This document shows positions 1 through 11,719 of a stretch of DNA of 64,000 nt, piece after piece. Below the pieces are notes generated by a model, which was not told the origin of the DNA, made no database searches, and saw only the letters and a program-made list of their open reading frames with translations. Position numbers and translations under genes: made by a program. Numbering within the stretch: position 1 is the stretch's first letter; each line of letters begins with the position of its first letter. This DNA comes from Escherichia coli (GTDB taxonomy: Bacteria; Pseudomonadota; Gammaproteobacteria; Enterobacterales; Enterobacteriaceae), in assembly GCF_044324785.1 (NCBI RefSeq), contig NZ_CP172127.1; one strand, given 5' to 3'.

Positions 1-689
1 TGGACGCGGGCATTATTGATGCAATGGCCGAAAATATGCGCAGTCGGATGCTTACCATGGGCGATTCGGTGGTGAAAATTTCCCTCGCCTCGCTGGTCGG
101 TTTGCTGACCATAGCCGTCTATCTGGTGCTGGTGCCATTGATGGTCTTCTTCCTGCTGAAAGACAAAGAGCAGATGCTGAACGCCGTTCGTCGGGTGCTA
201 CCGCGTAACCGCGGACTGGCAGGACAGGTGTGGAAGGAGATGAATCAACAAATCACCAACTATATCCGCGGCAAAGTGCTGGAGATGATCGTGGTGGGGA
301 TCGCCACCTGGCTGGGATTCTTACTCTTCGGGCTGAACTATTCGCTGCTGCTGGCGGTGCTGGTCGGCTTCTCGGTACTTATTCCGTACATTGGTGCATT
401 TGTGGTGACCATTCCGGTGGTTGGCGTGGCGCTATTCCAGTTTGGTGCTGGCACGGAATTCTGGAGCTGCTTCGCGGTGTATCTGATCATTCAGGCGCTG
501 GACGGCAACCTGTTAGTACCTGTGTTGTTCTCCGAAGCGGTTAACCTGCATCCGCTGGTCATTATTTTATCAGTAGTGATCTTCGGTGGTTTGTGGGGAT
601 TCTGGGGCGTATTCTTCGCCATTCCATTGGCGACGCTGATCAAAGCCGTGATTCACGCCTGGCCCGATGGGCAAATCGCGCAAGAATAA
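1..689 (+). CDS. perM: Putative permease PerM (YfgO), AI-2E transporter family; 5' end lies upstream of the window (reading frame from position 3)
   Basis: Open frame runs from window edge to TAA at 687-689; hydrophobic multi-helix protein recognised as the C-terminal ~229 aa of E. coli PerM; sits next to focB as in E. coli. Confidence 0.85.
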   Translation, partial: DAGIIDAMAENMRSRMLTMGDSVVKISLASLVGLLTIAVYLVLVPLMVFFLLKDKEQMLNAVRRVLPRNRGLAGQVWKEMNQQITNYIRGKVLEMIVVGIATWLGFLLFGLNYSLLLAVLVGFSVLIPYIGAFVVTIPVVGVALFQFGAGTEFWSCFAVYLIIQALDGNLLVPVLFSEAVNLHPLVIILSVVIFGGLWGFWGVFFAIPLATLIKAVIHAWPDGQIAQE

Positions 690-693
690 TCTT

Positions 694-727
694 CAGCCCG
701 ACGAACTGTTTCGCCGGGCTGATTTTT
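694..727 (+). terminator. Intrinsic terminator after perM (hairpin plus T-run), lying between convergent perM and focB
   Basis: GC-rich inverted repeat cagcccgacgaa...ttcgccgggctg followed by TTTTT at 723-727. Confidence 0.6.
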
Positions 728-1574
728 AGGGTTCCTGACGTAAATAAATAGCCCGATAACAAATACTCACCAGCACTGCACCGCCGATAATATTACCCAG
801 CATCACCGGGAGCAGATTGGCAGTAATAAAATGGCTGACCGTCAGTGCCGGAAAATGGTCTGCGCTACTGTGCGCCAGTTGCCAGAAGGTGGTAGGGGCG
901 AAATGGCGAATGGCAATGGCGAACGGAATCACAAACAAATTGGCGATACAGTGCTCAAAACCACTGGCGACAAACAGGGTGATGGGCAAAATCATGGCGA
1001 CGATTTTGTCGCATAACGAACGTCCGCAATAACTCATCCACAGCGCCAGGCAAACCATCACATTGCACATAATGCCGAGGCTGACTGATTCAGTAAATGT
1101 ATGATGCATTTTGCCCTCGGCGCAGTGTAAAACCGCGACTCCCCACATCGCGTTTTCACTCATCACCAGCCCGGAAAACCAGATTAACAAACTGAAACAG
1201 GCAATACCTGCCAGATTACCGCAGGCCACCAGAAGTGCATTAATCAGCCATGTTCGCCAGCTAATAACGCCCCGACTTTTTGCCATCACCGTCATTACCG
1301 ACGAGGTGAACAGGCTGGTGCCGCAAACCGCCAGCAAAATAAAGCCGAGTGTAAAGCAAAGGCCTCCCACCAGATGGGTTAATGCCTGTGAAGACGGGGC
1401 ATCGGCGATAACGGTAAGGTAAAAAGTAAATCCGATCGCCATAAACACGCCTGCGGACACCGCCATTAAAAAGACCGACACTTTGCTGCGGGCAATTTTA
1501 TGGGCGGCAATCCGTTCAGCGATTGCCGCTTTTCTGGCGCTCAACTGCAAGTCGAAAGAGAGTTTGTTTCTCAT
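726..1574 (-). CDS. focB: Formate channel FocB (formate/nitrite transporter family)
   Basis: 282 aa ORF, same length as E. coli FocB; membrane protein; immediately downstream of hyfR on the same strand. Confidence 0.93.
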   Translation of the reverse strand: MRNKLSFDLQLSARKAAIAERIAAHKIARSKVSVFLMAVSAGVFMAIGFTFYLTVIADAPSSQALTHLVGGLCFTLGFILLAVCGTSLFTSSVMTVMAKSRGVISWRTWLINALLVACGNLAGIACFSLLIWFSGLVMSENAMWGVAVLHCAEGKMHHTFTESVSLGIMCNVMVCLALWMSYCGRSLCDKIVAMILPITLFVASGFEHCIANLFVIPFAIAIRHFAPTTFWQLAHSSADHFPALTVSHFITANLLPVMLGNIIGGAVLVSICYRAIYLRQEP

Positions 1575-1595
1575 GCATACTCCTGCAAAAGCAGA

Positions 1596-3608
1596 TTACA
1601 ACACCTCGCGAACCGAGATCCCCAGACGCTGCATTCGTGACAGCAGCGTGGTGCGCTTCATCCCTAATCGTGTCGCCGCGCCACGGGGCCCGGCAACAAT
1701 GCCATTGGTTTCTCGCAATACCTGAACAATGCGCTGACGTTCTTCTTCGTCATTCTCTGGCGTCGTCGGGTGCAGCAACTGCGCCATTGAACTGCGAAGC
1801 GCTGAATCTTCATTTAGCGTCGGCAGTAAACGGCTTTGTCGGACATTAAGATGTAAATTCAGACTGTTACCGCGAGTCAGTAGTACCGCTCGCTCAATCA
1901 CGTTTTCCAGCTCGCGCACGTTGCCCGGCCAGTCCCACGACATCAACTGGCGTAGCGCCTCGGTCGGGATGGCGTCAATTGCGCGATTCATATGGCGCGC
2001 CATTTTTTGCGTGAAATGCTTTGCTAAAAGAGGGATATCTTCCGGACGGTCGCGTAGCGGGGGCAATTCCAGTGGGAAGACATTCAGGCGATAAAAGAGA
2101 TCGCTGCGAAACTGGCGATCTTCAACCATTTGCCACAAATCACGGTTGGTGGCGGCAATGACTCTGACATTCACCGGGATCGTTCTACTCCCGCCGAGAC
2201 GCTCAATCTCCCGCTCCTGCAATACGCGCAGCAGTTTAGGCTGAAGTTCTAACGGCAGATCGCCAATTTCATCGAGAAACAACGTGCCGCCATCGGCAAT
2301 TTCAAAACGACCACGATGGGTATTAATCGCACCAGTAAACGCCCCTTTGTCATGACCGAATAACTCACTTTCCAGAAGACTGGCGGGGATGGCAGCGCAG
2401 TTGATTTTGACCAGTGGCTTGTCGCGTCGTGGGCTAAGTTGATGGATCGCTCTGGCGATCACCTCTTTGCCGGTTCCGGTTTCACCACAAATCAACACCG
2501 TACTGTCGCTCTTCGCCACAATATCTACCTGCTGGAGTAGGTCTTCCATTGCCTGGCTTTGATAGATAATGTCACCGACGCCCAGATTCGAAAGGAGCTG
2601 CTCGCTAAGCTGGTGGTTTTCTTGCTGCAAACTTTCCTGCAAATCGGTCATGCTGCGCCAGGCATCGGCATTGCCAACGGCAATAGCGATGCGATCGGCA
2701 ATATGTTGTAGTAGCTGGCAGTTTTCCTCACTAAAGAGAGTGGAAGAGGTATGCGCCAGCAACAATGCACCCGGTGTATGGTTGCCAAAGGTGAGCGGTA
2801 TCAGGAGCGCAGATTCGCAGCCGTTAGATGCAAGTAAGTGTAATAACGGGTCGCGTTGCCAGAGAAACAGATCGTCTGCACGGTGCGTCAAGGTCGGTTG
2901 TCGGGTTTGTAGCGTTTGTGTCAGCAATACACTTTCGCCAGGCATACTGCGTGGCAGACATGCACAATCTGAGGCGGAAAAAACGCTGCACCACAGGCTG
3001 AACTTCTCGTTCTTTCGATGATCGCCCAGTACCATACTGACTGAAGCCAGACCGAAAAAATGATGGATCTCACGAGCGACGTCAGCGATCAGATCGTCGA
3101 GATCAAGATGTGACAATACTGCATTAGTGATATCCACCAGTACCCGATGATGATCGCGATCTTTCTCCAGCAAACGCAGCGCCACCTGCTGTTCTTCATC
3201 ATTGAGCCATGATTGCAGAACCGGGGTGATTATCCGCGCCAGCCAGTTAAACAGTGTGCAATCCTGGGGAGTAAAACGGCTGCCGTGAGTGCGAATAAAG
3301 CGTAGCTCCGCCATTCCACTACTGCCGAGAAGGACGGCGTGGCGCGAATAATCGACCATCTCGCCCTGATACTCTGTTGTTGCCGTCACATCGCTGCCAT
3401 CATCATGGTAGCGGTAATAGAAGTTGCTTTTGAGAACATGCAGTTCAATAAGTTGTACCGGGCTGAACGGCGGCGGCAGCGGGATGAAGGCGCGTAATAA
3501 AGACGCCTTGCCGTGTTTCTGCGCTAACCGCTCCGCGAGCATTCCGTTTACCGCTTCAATTGTTATTCCTTGCGGCGGGGCAAACATCGCCTCGTCTGAC
3601 ATAGCCAT
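1596..3608 (-). CDS. hyfR: Sigma-54-dependent transcriptional activator HyfR (FhlA-like)
   Basis: ORF contains Walker A GETGTGKE and the sigma-54 interaction motif GAFTGA plus a C-terminal HTH; 670 aa from the ATG at 3608 (the ORF track begins one codon earlier at TTG). Confidence 0.93.
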   Translation of the reverse strand: MAMSDEAMFAPPQGITIEAVNGMLAERLAQKHGKASLLRAFIPLPPPFSPVQLIELHVLKSNFYYRYHDDGSDVTATTEYQGEMVDYSRHAVLLGSSGMAELRFIRTHGSRFTPQDCTLFNWLARIITPVLQSWLNDEEQQVALRLLEKDRDHHRVLVDITNAVLSHLDLDDLIADVAREIHHFFGLASVSMVLGDHRKNEKFSLWCSVFSASDCACLPRSMPGESVLLTQTLQTRQPTLTHRADDLFLWQRDPLLHLLASNGCESALLIPLTFGNHTPGALLLAHTSSTLFSEENCQLLQHIADRIAIAVGNADAWRSMTDLQESLQQENHQLSEQLLSNLGVGDIIYQSQAMEDLLQQVDIVAKSDSTVLICGETGTGKEVIARAIHQLSPRRDKPLVKINCAAIPASLLESELFGHDKGAFTGAINTHRGRFEIADGGTLFLDEIGDLPLELQPKLLRVLQEREIERLGGSRTIPVNVRVIAATNRDLWQMVEDRQFRSDLFYRLNVFPLELPPLRDRPEDIPLLAKHFTQKMARHMNRAIDAIPTEALRQLMSWDWPGNVRELENVIERAVLLTRGNSLNLHLNVRQSRLLPTLNEDSALRSSMAQLLHPTTPENDEEERQRIVQVLRETNGIVAGPRGAATRLGMKRTTLLSRMQRLGISVREVL

Positions 3609-3637
3609 CAACAGTCCTTATTAATGAGAAATCCTTC

Positions 3638-4051
3638 TCACGCAATTTTTCTGGCCATCAGATAGATGGCCGGTTCCTGCACAATTTCATCCAACAGATG
3701 AATGAATTGAATGCTACGCGCCTGCCACACAGACGTCGCGTCATCTGCCAGTGGCGCGAATGCCCGGGTCAACAGGGCGGTGTGGCTGGCGTCAATAACA
3801 ATCTCACCAAAGGTCATCACCCCCAGCATCTTACGTCGGGCTTGCTCCTCTTCGACCTGTGCAAGCCAATCATCGTATTCCGTCTGTGGGCAGCGGAAGG
3901 CGACATTCAAACAATCAATCACGCCAACGTGATGACCGATAGCCAACGAGTAATACATTACCTGGGAGCTGTGTTCCGGCATCTCGTCGCTACTGGCGAC
4001 AAACTTTTTTCGCAGCGTCCAGAAAACAATTTCCCCGCACGCCTCAGCCAT
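3638..4051 (-). CDS. hyfJ: Hydrogenase-4 component HyfJ (HycH-like maturation/assembly protein)
   Basis: 137 aa ORF matching E. coli HyfJ; overlaps the hyfI stop by 8 nt. Confidence 0.9.
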   Translation of the reverse strand: MAEACGEIVFWTLRKKFVASSDEMPEHSSQVMYYSLAIGHHVGVIDCLNVAFRCPQTEYDDWLAQVEEEQARRKMLGVMTFGEIVIDASHTALLTRAFAPLADDATSVWQARSIQFIHLLDEIVQEPAIYLMARKIA

Positions 4052-4802
4052 GTAACCCCCGGAGAACGCGAAAGAGTTGCTGAACGATACTATTGAGACG
4101 TGGATCGTCGGCTTCGCGCAACCAGGTGTTAACCCGATTTCCTGTAGGATCGTCGCTTAAATGGCGCAGGAGCCGATCGCAAATTTCTCGCCCCTGACGA
4201 TAGCCCGCCAGCCGCCTCGCTTCTCGCTCAATGGCGATACGCTGTGATGGCGGGATCTGCGGCCATAGCGGTTGCATGGTCACCCCGGTGGGATCGCGAT
4301 AATCCACAGCGTGAATCTTCTGTTGCAGCAAACCGAGCGCCACGGCGAAACCGTGAATGGTGGCGGCCGGTGTTGGCGGGCAGCCGGGGATCCAAACATC
4401 AATGGGGACAATGGTGTCGCTGCCGCCCCAGACGCTGTAAAGATCGTGGAAAATACCGCCGCCGACACCGCACGCGCCGTAGGAAATACAGATTTTATGA
4501 TCGGGGGCAGACTCATATGCCCGAAGTGCAGGCATACGCATCGCCCGGGTGACTGCGCCAGTAAATAACAAAATATCGGCGTGACGCGGTGATGAAACAA
4601 CCTTAATGCCAAAACGTTCTGCGTCGAATACGGGTGTGATGGCGGCAAAAATTTCGATTTCGCAGGCGTTGCAGCCGCCGCAATCGACGCGATAAACGTA
4701 GGCCGAGCGACGGATATCCTGTAACAAATGCTGCTTCATCTTTTGCGTTTGCTCGTCCAGCGTGATGGGCTGGCTGACATATTGCGTAAGCACTGGACTC
4801 AT
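4044..4802 (-). CDS. hyfI: Hydrogenase-4 small subunit HyfI (NuoB/HycG-like)
   Basis: 252 aa; Cys-rich N-terminal cluster-binding region ([10 protein letters not shown]...GACGVGGG...GCPP) typical of NuoB-type subunits. Confidence 0.93.
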   Translation of the reverse strand: MSPVLTQYVSQPITLDEQTQKMKQHLLQDIRRSAYVYRVDCGGCNACEIEIFAAITPVFDAERFGIKVVSSPRHADILLFTGAVTRAMRMPALRAYESAPDHKICISYGACGVGGGIFHDLYSVWGGSDTIVPIDVWIPGCPPTPAATIHGFAVALGLLQQKIHAVDYRDPTGVTMQPLWPQIPPSQRIAIEREARRLAGYRQGREICDRLLRHLSDDPTGNRVNTWLREADDPRLNSIVQQLFRVLRGLHG

Positions 4803-5344
4803 AGCTGCTCCTTAGCCACCAGCGGTACATCTGTATCGTCGTTGATCAGCGTCGCGCGTTGTTTGCACTCCGGGCAGACGCTCGCTTGCGCCCATAACAT
4901 TTCGCGGTTTTGTGGCGCATTTTGTTGCTGTGCCAACAATTCAGCAGCCAGTGCGACGGTTTTTTGCGGGGCAAACGGGCGTTCGCAACGGCTGCAACGT
5001 TGTAGATGAAACGTCGCGCGGGTATAGAGATCGGCTTTATTGGTGACGGTCAGTTCAAAGTTATTGGTAAGCTGAATGGCTCTGGTCGGGCACACTTCTT
5101 CACAACGTCCGCAGTAAATACAACGCCCCAGATAGAGCTGCCAGGTGCGCGTATTTTGCTGGTCGTCGGTCTGGATAGTCAGCGCGTTTGCCGGACAAGC
5201 ACAGGCGCAGGCACCGCAGGCAATACATTGGCTGGGCATCAGGTCCGGTTTCCCGCGAAAGCCTGGGCTGACCTCCAGTGGCGCGAAGGGATATTTCACC
5301 GTCGCGGTTCCGGCGCGCATAATAGTTTTCAGTAACTTCAGCAT
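4799..5344 (-). CDS. hyfH: Hydrogenase-4 ferredoxin-type subunit HyfH (2x[4Fe-4S])
   Basis: 181 aa; two CxxCxxCxxxCP motifs ([24 protein letters not shown]). Confidence 0.93.
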   Translation of the reverse strand: MLKLLKTIMRAGTATVKYPFAPLEVSPGFRGKPDLMPSQCIACGACACACPANALTIQTDDQQNTRTWQLYLGRCIYCGRCEEVCPTRAIQLTNNFELTVTNKADLYTRATFHLQRCSRCERPFAPQKTVALAAELLAQQQNAPQNREMLWAQASVCPECKQRATLINDDTDVPLVAKEQL

Positions 5345-5353
5345 CTTCTGTCC

Positions 5354-7069
5354 TTACTTCAGCGGCGAACGGTTACGATCAATGCCGTAGCGTTCGATCT
5401 CTTTATACGGCACGGTTTTTGACTGGCGCTTGCGCACATCAACCAGCGTCACACGGTCGGTACAGGAGTAGCAGGGATCAAGGCTACCGATAATTAGCGG
5501 TGCGTCAGAAACGGTATTGCCGCGCAGCATGTAACGCAGCACTGGCCAGTTGGCGTAGGTGGCGGCACGACAGCGCCAGCGGAACAATTTTTGGTTATCA
5601 CCGAGCATGCTCCAGTGCACGTCTTCACCACGTGGCGCTTCAACAAAGCCCAGCGCGAATGCGTGAGGTTTATAGCTAAAGCCTTCGGTCAGCAGTGGGG
5701 TATCTGGCATGTTGTCGAGGGCAAATTCCAGCATTGCCAGCGAATCAAACGTCTCTTTGACACGGACCATCACGCGGGAGAAGACATCGCCGCCGGTAAA
5801 GGTAAACAGCGTTTTTGGAATATTGCCGTAGTCGGCGTAGGGGTGAGCAAAGCGCAAATCACGGGCAAAACCACTGCCGCGGATCAGCGGCCCTACGGGG
5901 CTATAATCACGGGCGATTTGTCGGTCGAGAATGCCAATGCCCTGAGTGCGTTGTTCCATATTCGGCGTGGCAAGCAGCATCTCTACCAGCTCCGACACGT
6001 CGGCGCGCATCTCGCGCACTAGTTTCAGCGTTTGCAGACGTTGCTCTTTGAGAATATCGCGGCGAACACCACCAATCAGATTCAGACCGTAGGTTTTACG
6101 CGACCCGGTCAGCAATTCCGCCATCGTCATCGACTTTTCCCGCACGCGGAAAAATTGCATAAAGCCGGTATCAAAACCAACAAAATGGCAGGAGAGGCCA
6201 AGGTTGAGCAAATGACTATGCAGCCGTTCGACTTCCAGCAGAATCGAGCGAATAGTATGCGCTCGTTGCGGCACTTCAATCCCCAGTGCATTTTCAACCG
6301 AGTTGGTATAGGCCACACTGTGGGCAAAACCGCAAATCCCACACACGCGGTCGGATAAGAAGGTCACTTCGTTGTAGCCCATCCGCGTTTCTGCCAGTTT
6401 CTCCATGCCGCGATGGACATAAAACAGGCGGTAATCAGCATCGACAATTTGCTCGCCATCCACAAACAAGCGGAAGTGACCTGGTTCATCGGAGGTGATA
6501 TGCAGCGGGCCGACAGGGATCACCCGCGCATCGCTGTTGCCCTCGTTGATAAACGGATACGTTTCGGTATCAGTCGTCGGTTCTGGGCGCAGTCGATAAT
6601 CCATCGCGTCTTTGCGCAGCGGATGCATATCTTCCGGCCAGTCATCGGGCAACACCAGCCGACGCTGATCCGGCAGGCCAACCGGAATCAGCCCGTACAT
6701 ATCGCGAATTTCTCGCTCGCCCCAGACCGCGGCAGGGACGCGCGGTGTGACTGACGGAAACTCCCGACTGTCGGCATCGACCAGTGCCTTCACCACGATC
6801 CAGCATTTTTCGGCCCCTTCCATAGAAAGGGCATAATAAACCGCGTAATGACCGTTAAGTGTCCGCTCGTCGTTGCCAAACAGGACTGGAAGCCAGCCAT
6901 CATGTTGATAATAAAGATAATGCACAACGTCAGGCAGCAGATTGATTTTCACCGTAATGGTGACCTGTTCAGGCGTTTGTCGCTCTTCATCCAGCACCGC
7001 GCCGGGGAACTGCGTTTTCAGGGCGGCGAGAATCGCTTCGCCACGATTTGACGATGAATTAACGTTCAC
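5354..7069 (-). CDS. hyfG: Hydrogenase-4 large [NiFe] subunit HyfG (HycE/NuoCD-like); start codon uncertain
   Basis: ORF track gives 586 aa from the ATG at 7114; a GTG at 7067-7069 preceded by GGAG (7 nt spacer) is the better-supported start; C-terminal ...DPCYSCTDR is a NiFe-ligand motif. Confidence 0.88.
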   Translation of the reverse strand: MNVNSSSNRGEAILAALKTQFPGAVLDEERQTPEQVTITVKINLLPDVVHYLYYQHDGWLPVLFGNDERTLNGHYAVYYALSMEGAEKCWIVVKALVDADSREFPSVTPRVPAAVWGEREIRDMYGLIPVGLPDQRRLVLPDDWPEDMHPLRKDAMDYRLRPEPTTDTETYPFINEGNSDARVIPVGPLHITSDEPGHFRLFVDGEQIVDADYRLFYVHRGMEKLAETRMGYNEVTFLSDRVCGICGFAHSVAYTNSVENALGIEVPQRAHTIRSILLEVERLHSHLLNLGLSCHFVGFDTGFMQFFRVREKSMTMAELLTGSRKTYGLNLIGGVRRDILKEQRLQTLKLVREMRADVSELVEMLLATPNMEQRTQGIGILDRQIARDYSPVGPLIRGSGFARDLRFAHPYADYGNIPKTLFTFTGGDVFSRVMVRVKETFDSLAMLEFALDNMPDTPLLTEGFSYKPHAFALGFVEAPRGEDVHWSMLGDNQKLFRWRCRAATYANWPVLRYMLRGNTVSDAPLIIGSLDPCYSCTDRVTLVDVRKRQSKTVPYKEIERYGIDRNRSPLK

Positions 7070-8639
7070 TGTGTTTCTCCGAAACAGATGCGGTGCCTGA
7101 AGGCAAAAAATCATGCCAGGTGCTACGTTGTGCAGGCAGGTCGTGCGTCCCTGAGAGGACTATAGTGGAAGCGCTTGCCAGGATCCTGATGACAGGTTGT
7201 GGAATATGCGTTCCCATCGCCAGCATCATGACCAGCAGAATCACCATTGGCGAGGTGGTCAACCAGCCAAGTTCACCCCGGTTAACGGCCTGCGGCGGTT
7301 TCGCCATTAACACCCGCGCAGCCATCCGTACCAGGCCCGCCAGCACCAGCGTTAACAGCAATAACAGCAGGACGATAAGCAGCAGATGATTACGCGCCAG
7401 TCCGGCGGTAACGGTCATAAATTCGCTAAGAAAAATGTTGAAGGGCGGCATCCCGGCCAGCGCCAGCGCACCGCCGCCAAACAACACGGCGGTAAATGGC
7501 ATGATTTTGAGCATCCCACAGACGACGTTGAGATCGCGCGTGCCGTACTTGAGCAGTACATTGCCGGAACCGCAGAACAACAGCGTTTTTGCCAGACTGT
7601 GGTTTAAGGTGTGCAGCAGCGCGGCAAAAATTCCCAGCGGCCCGCCAATGCCTAACGCCACCGCGACCAGTCCCATGTTCTCCACGCTGGAGTACGCCAG
7701 CAGACGCTTAATGTCCCGCTGTACCAGAATGAAAAATGCCGCCACGGCAACCGACAACATGCCGAAGATGAGCAACAACCGGTTGGGGAAATCGCTGCCG
7801 ATGGCCTGGCAAATAATGATGTAATAGCGAATAAGCACCAACAGCGCGCAGTTCAGCAATACGGCGGAGAGCAGGGCGCTGACCGGACTCGGCGCTTCAC
7901 TGTGAGCATCTGGCAGCCAGGCATGCATGGGGAATAGCCCGGTTTTAGTGCCAAAGCCAATTAGCACAAACACAAAGGCCAACAGCATTAATGTTGGGTC
8001 AAGCAAGGACGATTGCTTAAGAACCTCGCTCCAGAATATCGCCATTTCTGCCTGCGGCATAACGCTGGCGGCGTTGGCGTATACCAGCACGGTACCGAAC
8101 AGACCAAAAGCGACACCAACAGTACAAATAATGATGTACTTCCATGCAGCTTCCAGCGATGAACGCTGACCGTAAATGCCTACCAGAAACGCCGAGCTTA
8201 AGGTGGTGGCTTCGATTGCCGCCCACATCACAATCAGGTTATTGCTGGTAACAACCAGCAGCATGGTGAACAAAAACAGATGGAAGAAACCGTAGTAATC
8301 GCACAGCGTAACGGGTGAAAGCTCGCCGTGTGCCACTTCATGACGCATGTAGCCAATCGAGTAAACACCGGTGAGAAAGCCAATCACACCAAGAATGGCG
8401 AGGAACAAACCGCCCAGACCATCAATGTGAAGCCACAGTCCCGCAGCGAATATTTCTCCCGCATCAGCGGCAGTTTGGACCACCCACAGTGCCAGAATCA
8501 GCAGCAGTGTGATCCCTAAGCCATGTAGTACTGTCACCGTACGAGTCGCAGAGTGTCCCCGTTTCCGGCAGGCAAAACAGAGCAGCGAAAAAAGCAGCGG
8601 CGTGAGCAGGAGTAAAGCGAACATCACAAAATAACTCAT
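7059..8639 (-). CDS. hyfF: Hydrogenase-4 membrane subunit HyfF (NuoN/antiporter-like)
   Basis: 526 aa polytopic membrane ORF matching E. coli HyfF. Confidence 0.92.
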   Translation of the reverse strand: MSYFVMFALLLLTPLLFSLLCFACRKRGHSATRTVTVLHGLGITLLLILALWVVQTAADAGEIFAAGLWLHIDGLGGLFLAILGVIGFLTGVYSIGYMRHEVAHGELSPVTLCDYYGFFHLFLFTMLLVVTSNNLIVMWAAIEATTLSSAFLVGIYGQRSSLEAAWKYIIICTVGVAFGLFGTVLVYANAASVMPQAEMAIFWSEVLKQSSLLDPTLMLLAFVFVLIGFGTKTGLFPMHAWLPDAHSEAPSPVSALLSAVLLNCALLVLIRYYIIICQAIGSDFPNRLLLIFGMLSVAVAAFFILVQRDIKRLLAYSSVENMGLVAVALGIGGPLGIFAALLHTLNHSLAKTLLFCGSGNVLLKYGTRDLNVVCGMLKIMPFTAVLFGGGALALAGMPPFNIFLSEFMTVTAGLARNHLLLIVLLLLLLTLVLAGLVRMAARVLMAKPPQAVNRGELGWLTTSPMVILLVMMLAMGTHIPQPVIRILASASTIVLSGTHDLPAQRSTWHDFLPSGTASVSEKHSER

Positions 8640-8643
8640 CTCA

Positions 8644-9294
8644 TTATCCCTTCAGCGCGGTCAAGTTGTTCACGTCCAGCGTGCCGTGGGTACGCCATAT
8701 TTTTCTTGCCAGTAACACCATCACAATGACGGCGAAGATGGCGTCGGTAGCGATACCAATTTCCACCAGTTCCGGTGCACGCCAGGCTAGAAGCGCCAGC
8801 ACCAGATGGGAGCCGTTTTCCATCAGGCAGTAACCAAAGATTTGCCGCAGGATATTGCGCTGGCTGACAATGCACAGCAGGCCAAGCAGAAAATGACCTA
8901 ACGCCACCGCCAGCGCCGGTTTCAGCCCGGTAGCCATCGGTAGCTTCACGGGCTGAACGACAAATGTGCAAAGCAGGACAATTAACGCCGCGAGCAGTGT
9001 CATCATTGCCGGACCGAATAACGCTTTTTCCGGGATGTTCTGGGGAATATTTCGTGCAGCGTAAGTCATGATTAACGGTACCAGCAGCACTTTGGTGATA
9101 AAGGCGCTGGCGGACCAGATCAGCAGTTGCTCTGCGGCGAATAGGCACGAGAGGGTGGCGAAAATAGACACCAGCACCAGTGACTGGCAGGCGTAAAATC
9201 CGCATGACAGGCGATAGCTTTTGACGCTAATCACAAACAGCGATGTCAGCATCATCAGTCCCGCCAGATTATTTACGATCGTAGAACCGGTCAT
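8644..9294 (-). CDS. hyfE: Hydrogenase-4 membrane subunit HyfE
   Basis: 216 aa hydrophobic ORF matching E. coli HyfE. Confidence 0.92.
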   Translation of the reverse strand: MTGSTIVNNLAGLMMLTSLFVISVKSYRLSCGFYACQSLVLVSIFATLSCLFAAEQLLIWSASAFITKVLLVPLIMTYAARNIPQNIPEKALFGPAMMTLLAALIVLLCTFVVQPVKLPMATGLKPALAVALGHFLLGLLCIVSQRNILRQIFGYCLMENGSHLVLALLAWRAPELVEIGIATDAIFAVIVMVLLARKIWRTHGTLDVNNLTALKG

Positions 9295-9305
9295 TCATCA
9301 TCTCC

Positions 9306-10745
9306 TTACTGCAACCAGGTCGCGGCGATTACGCTGGAAATCAGCGACATCACAATCAGTACAATCAACACCAGGCGCATTGATCCTGGCAGCGGTGCGG
9401 CATCGGCGACGGCCTCGCTCGGTTTGCCAGGCACGACGCGACCAAACCAGCGAATAAACCAGGCGAAACTGGCGACCGATTCAATCATCAGCAGAATCAT
9501 GGCGGGCAGCAGGATCCAGTACTCCACTGACAACGCAAAACCGGCAGCAAACAGCGGGAATTTACTGAAGAAGCCGTTGAACGGCGGCACGCCGGTAATT
9601 GCCAGCGCTGCCACGCAGAAACCCACGCCAGGCAACGGCAGGGTGTGCAATACGCCACGCAGACGCGGCAACAAGCGCGTGCCGCAGCTGTAACTCAGCG
9701 CACCTGCTACAAGGAAAAACAGGCTTTTAGCGAACGCGTGGTTGACGATGTAGGCGATGCTACCCTCCAGCGCCAGCCGCGAGCCGAAGATGGAGAGCGA
9801 CAAGCCGAAAAACATCCAGCCAAGTTGAGTGATGGTCGACCAGGCCAGCAACCGCTTCATATCCTGCTGTGGCAAATACATCAGGAAGCCATAAAGAATG
9901 GTGACCAGTGCCATAACCATGCCAACGCCGCCAATCACATGCGGGATATTGCCGCCGTCGATAATGGCACGGGCAAAAATGTAAACGCCCACTTTCACCA
10001 TCGATGCGGCGTGGAGATAGGCGCTGATCGGTGTTGGCGCTTCCATTGCATCCGGTAGCCACGCTTGCATCGGTAGCTGGGCCGATTTCCCCCACGCGGC
10101 AAACAGGATGCCACCATAAACCAGATAGCGTGCGTCGCCGTGTAACTCGCTCATCGCGCTGAGCGCAAACGTTCCGGTCTGCAAAAACAGCGTGGCGGCG
10201 GCAAGATACAACCCCAACGAACCGATATGAGTGATAAGCAACGCTTTTAGTGCTGAACGCTGCGCTTTATCGCTCTGGTAATAACTGATCAACGCCCAGG
10301 AGCAGCCGCCCGTAATTTCAAAAAACAACAACTGACCGAGCAGCGTCGAGGAGAGTACCAGTCCCGCCATCGCGCCGATAAAAACCAGCAAAAATGCGTA
10401 ATAACGATTCGTGCCGTTATGCGGGTGTTCGCGATTTTTATCCGTCAGATAACCCGTGGAGTAGATCGTGACCAGCAAACCGAGGAACACCACCACAAAC
10501 AGAATCAGCGTACTCACGCGATCAATGACCAGGCCAAACAACGCCACATCCCCCACGTTGACCAACGTCAACGTGACGGCAACTTTATCGGCCTGATAAA
10601 ACGCGGAGATCAGCGACAACATGCACAGCGTGGTCAGCGCGGCGAACAAAATCCCCCATTCGGCGGCCCGACGTTGTGGCGAAAACGAAACGACCAGTGC
10701 GCCGATAAAAGGCAGCAATAACGTCGTCAGAGCAAGATTTTCCAT
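9306..10745 (-). CDS. hyfD: Hydrogenase-4 membrane subunit HyfD (NuoM/antiporter-like)
   Basis: 479 aa polytopic ORF matching E. coli HyfD. Confidence 0.92.
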   Translation of the reverse strand: MENLALTTLLLPFIGALVVSFSPQRRAAEWGILFAALTTLCMLSLISAFYQADKVAVTLTLVNVGDVALFGLVIDRVSTLILFVVVFLGLLVTIYSTGYLTDKNREHPHNGTNRYYAFLLVFIGAMAGLVLSSTLLGQLLFFEITGGCSWALISYYQSDKAQRSALKALLITHIGSLGLYLAAATLFLQTGTFALSAMSELHGDARYLVYGGILFAAWGKSAQLPMQAWLPDAMEAPTPISAYLHAASMVKVGVYIFARAIIDGGNIPHVIGGVGMVMALVTILYGFLMYLPQQDMKRLLAWSTITQLGWMFFGLSLSIFGSRLALEGSIAYIVNHAFAKSLFFLVAGALSYSCGTRLLPRLRGVLHTLPLPGVGFCVAALAITGVPPFNGFFSKFPLFAAGFALSVEYWILLPAMILLMIESVASFAWFIRWFGRVVPGKPSEAVADAAPLPGSMRLVLIVLIVMSLISSVIAATWLQ

Positions 10746-10761
10746 ATTCCGTCAGTGCTCC

Positions 10762-11709
10762 TTACAGACCGGTTAACCAGAAGACCCAGGCAAGCGCAGC
10801 AAGGCTGAAGCCAAGCCAGGTCACATGGTGAATGAGTAAAAAACGCCCGCGTGCCAGCGTGTTTTCTGCGATTGAGGCCAGAACAAAAATCAGCAAAACC
10901 TTGAGCAGCGTAACGATAAGTGAAGTCAGCAGGCAGGTGAGAGAAAGCTCTTGCGCGCGCCCAAAGGGCAAAAACAGGGCCACAAACAGTGATGCCATCA
11001 CGACCTGTTTCAGCCCCAGCCCCAACTTCGCCAGCGCCAGCCCGGCACCGGAATATTCGGTCAGCGGGCCTTCCTGTAATTCCTGTTCTGCTTCAGCAAC
11101 ATCAAAGGGAATTTTTCCCATCTCAATGAAGCAGGCAAAACCACAGGCCAGTAACGCCAGTACGGTGGTTAGCGGCGAGTTCCAGCCCGTCGCCAGCGTC
11201 TTGCTGATCATCTCGATATGCGTGGAATCCGCTATCAGCGCCAATACCAGCAGTGAGAGAAGGAGCATTGGTTCGACCAGAATGCCGAGCGTCAACTCGC
11301 GACTGGCACCGACTCCCGCAAACGGGCTTCCGGTATCCAGCCCGGAAAGAGCAAAGAAAAAACGAAACAGGGCAAGAAGATAGATAAGGGTGATCAGATC
11401 GCCGCCGCCCGCAAAAGGGGAAACAGTAATAAATAGTGGTAGGGCCATCGCCAGCACCAGCATGCTGCTGATTAATACCCACGGCATCAGGCGGAACATC
11501 AGACCTGAAGATGTCGGCGCAACTTCCTGGCGTTTAAACAGTTTGTGGATATCGCGATAATCCTGCCAGATCCCCGGTCCGCGACGGGAGTGCATACGCG
11601 CGCGTATCTGCCGGGAAATCCCCGTAAAAAGCGGGGTTAGCACCAGCAGAATCACGGCCTGTGCTAACGCAAAAATGATCAGATATCCGTCGCAAAGAGT
11701 TTGTCTCAT
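10762..11709 (-). CDS. hyfC: Hydrogenase-4 membrane subunit HyfC (NuoH/HycD-like)
   Basis: ORF track 322 aa; the second ATG (MRQTLCDGY...) gives 315 aa as in E. coli HyfC. Confidence 0.9.
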   Translation of the reverse strand: MRQTLCDGYLIIFALAQAVILLVLTPLFTGISRQIRARMHSRRGPGIWQDYRDIHKLFKRQEVAPTSSGLMFRLMPWVLISSMLVLAMALPLFITVSPFAGGGDLITLIYLLALFRFFFALSGLDTGSPFAGVGASRELTLGILVEPMLLLSLLVLALIADSTHIEMISKTLATGWNSPLTTVLALLACGFACFIEMGKIPFDVAEAEQELQEGPLTEYSGAGLALAKLGLGLKQVVMASLFVALFLPFGRAQELSLTCLLTSLIVTLLKVLLIFVLASIAENTLARGRFLLIHHVTWLGFSLAALAWVFWLTGL

Positions 11710-11719
11710 GGTGATTTCC

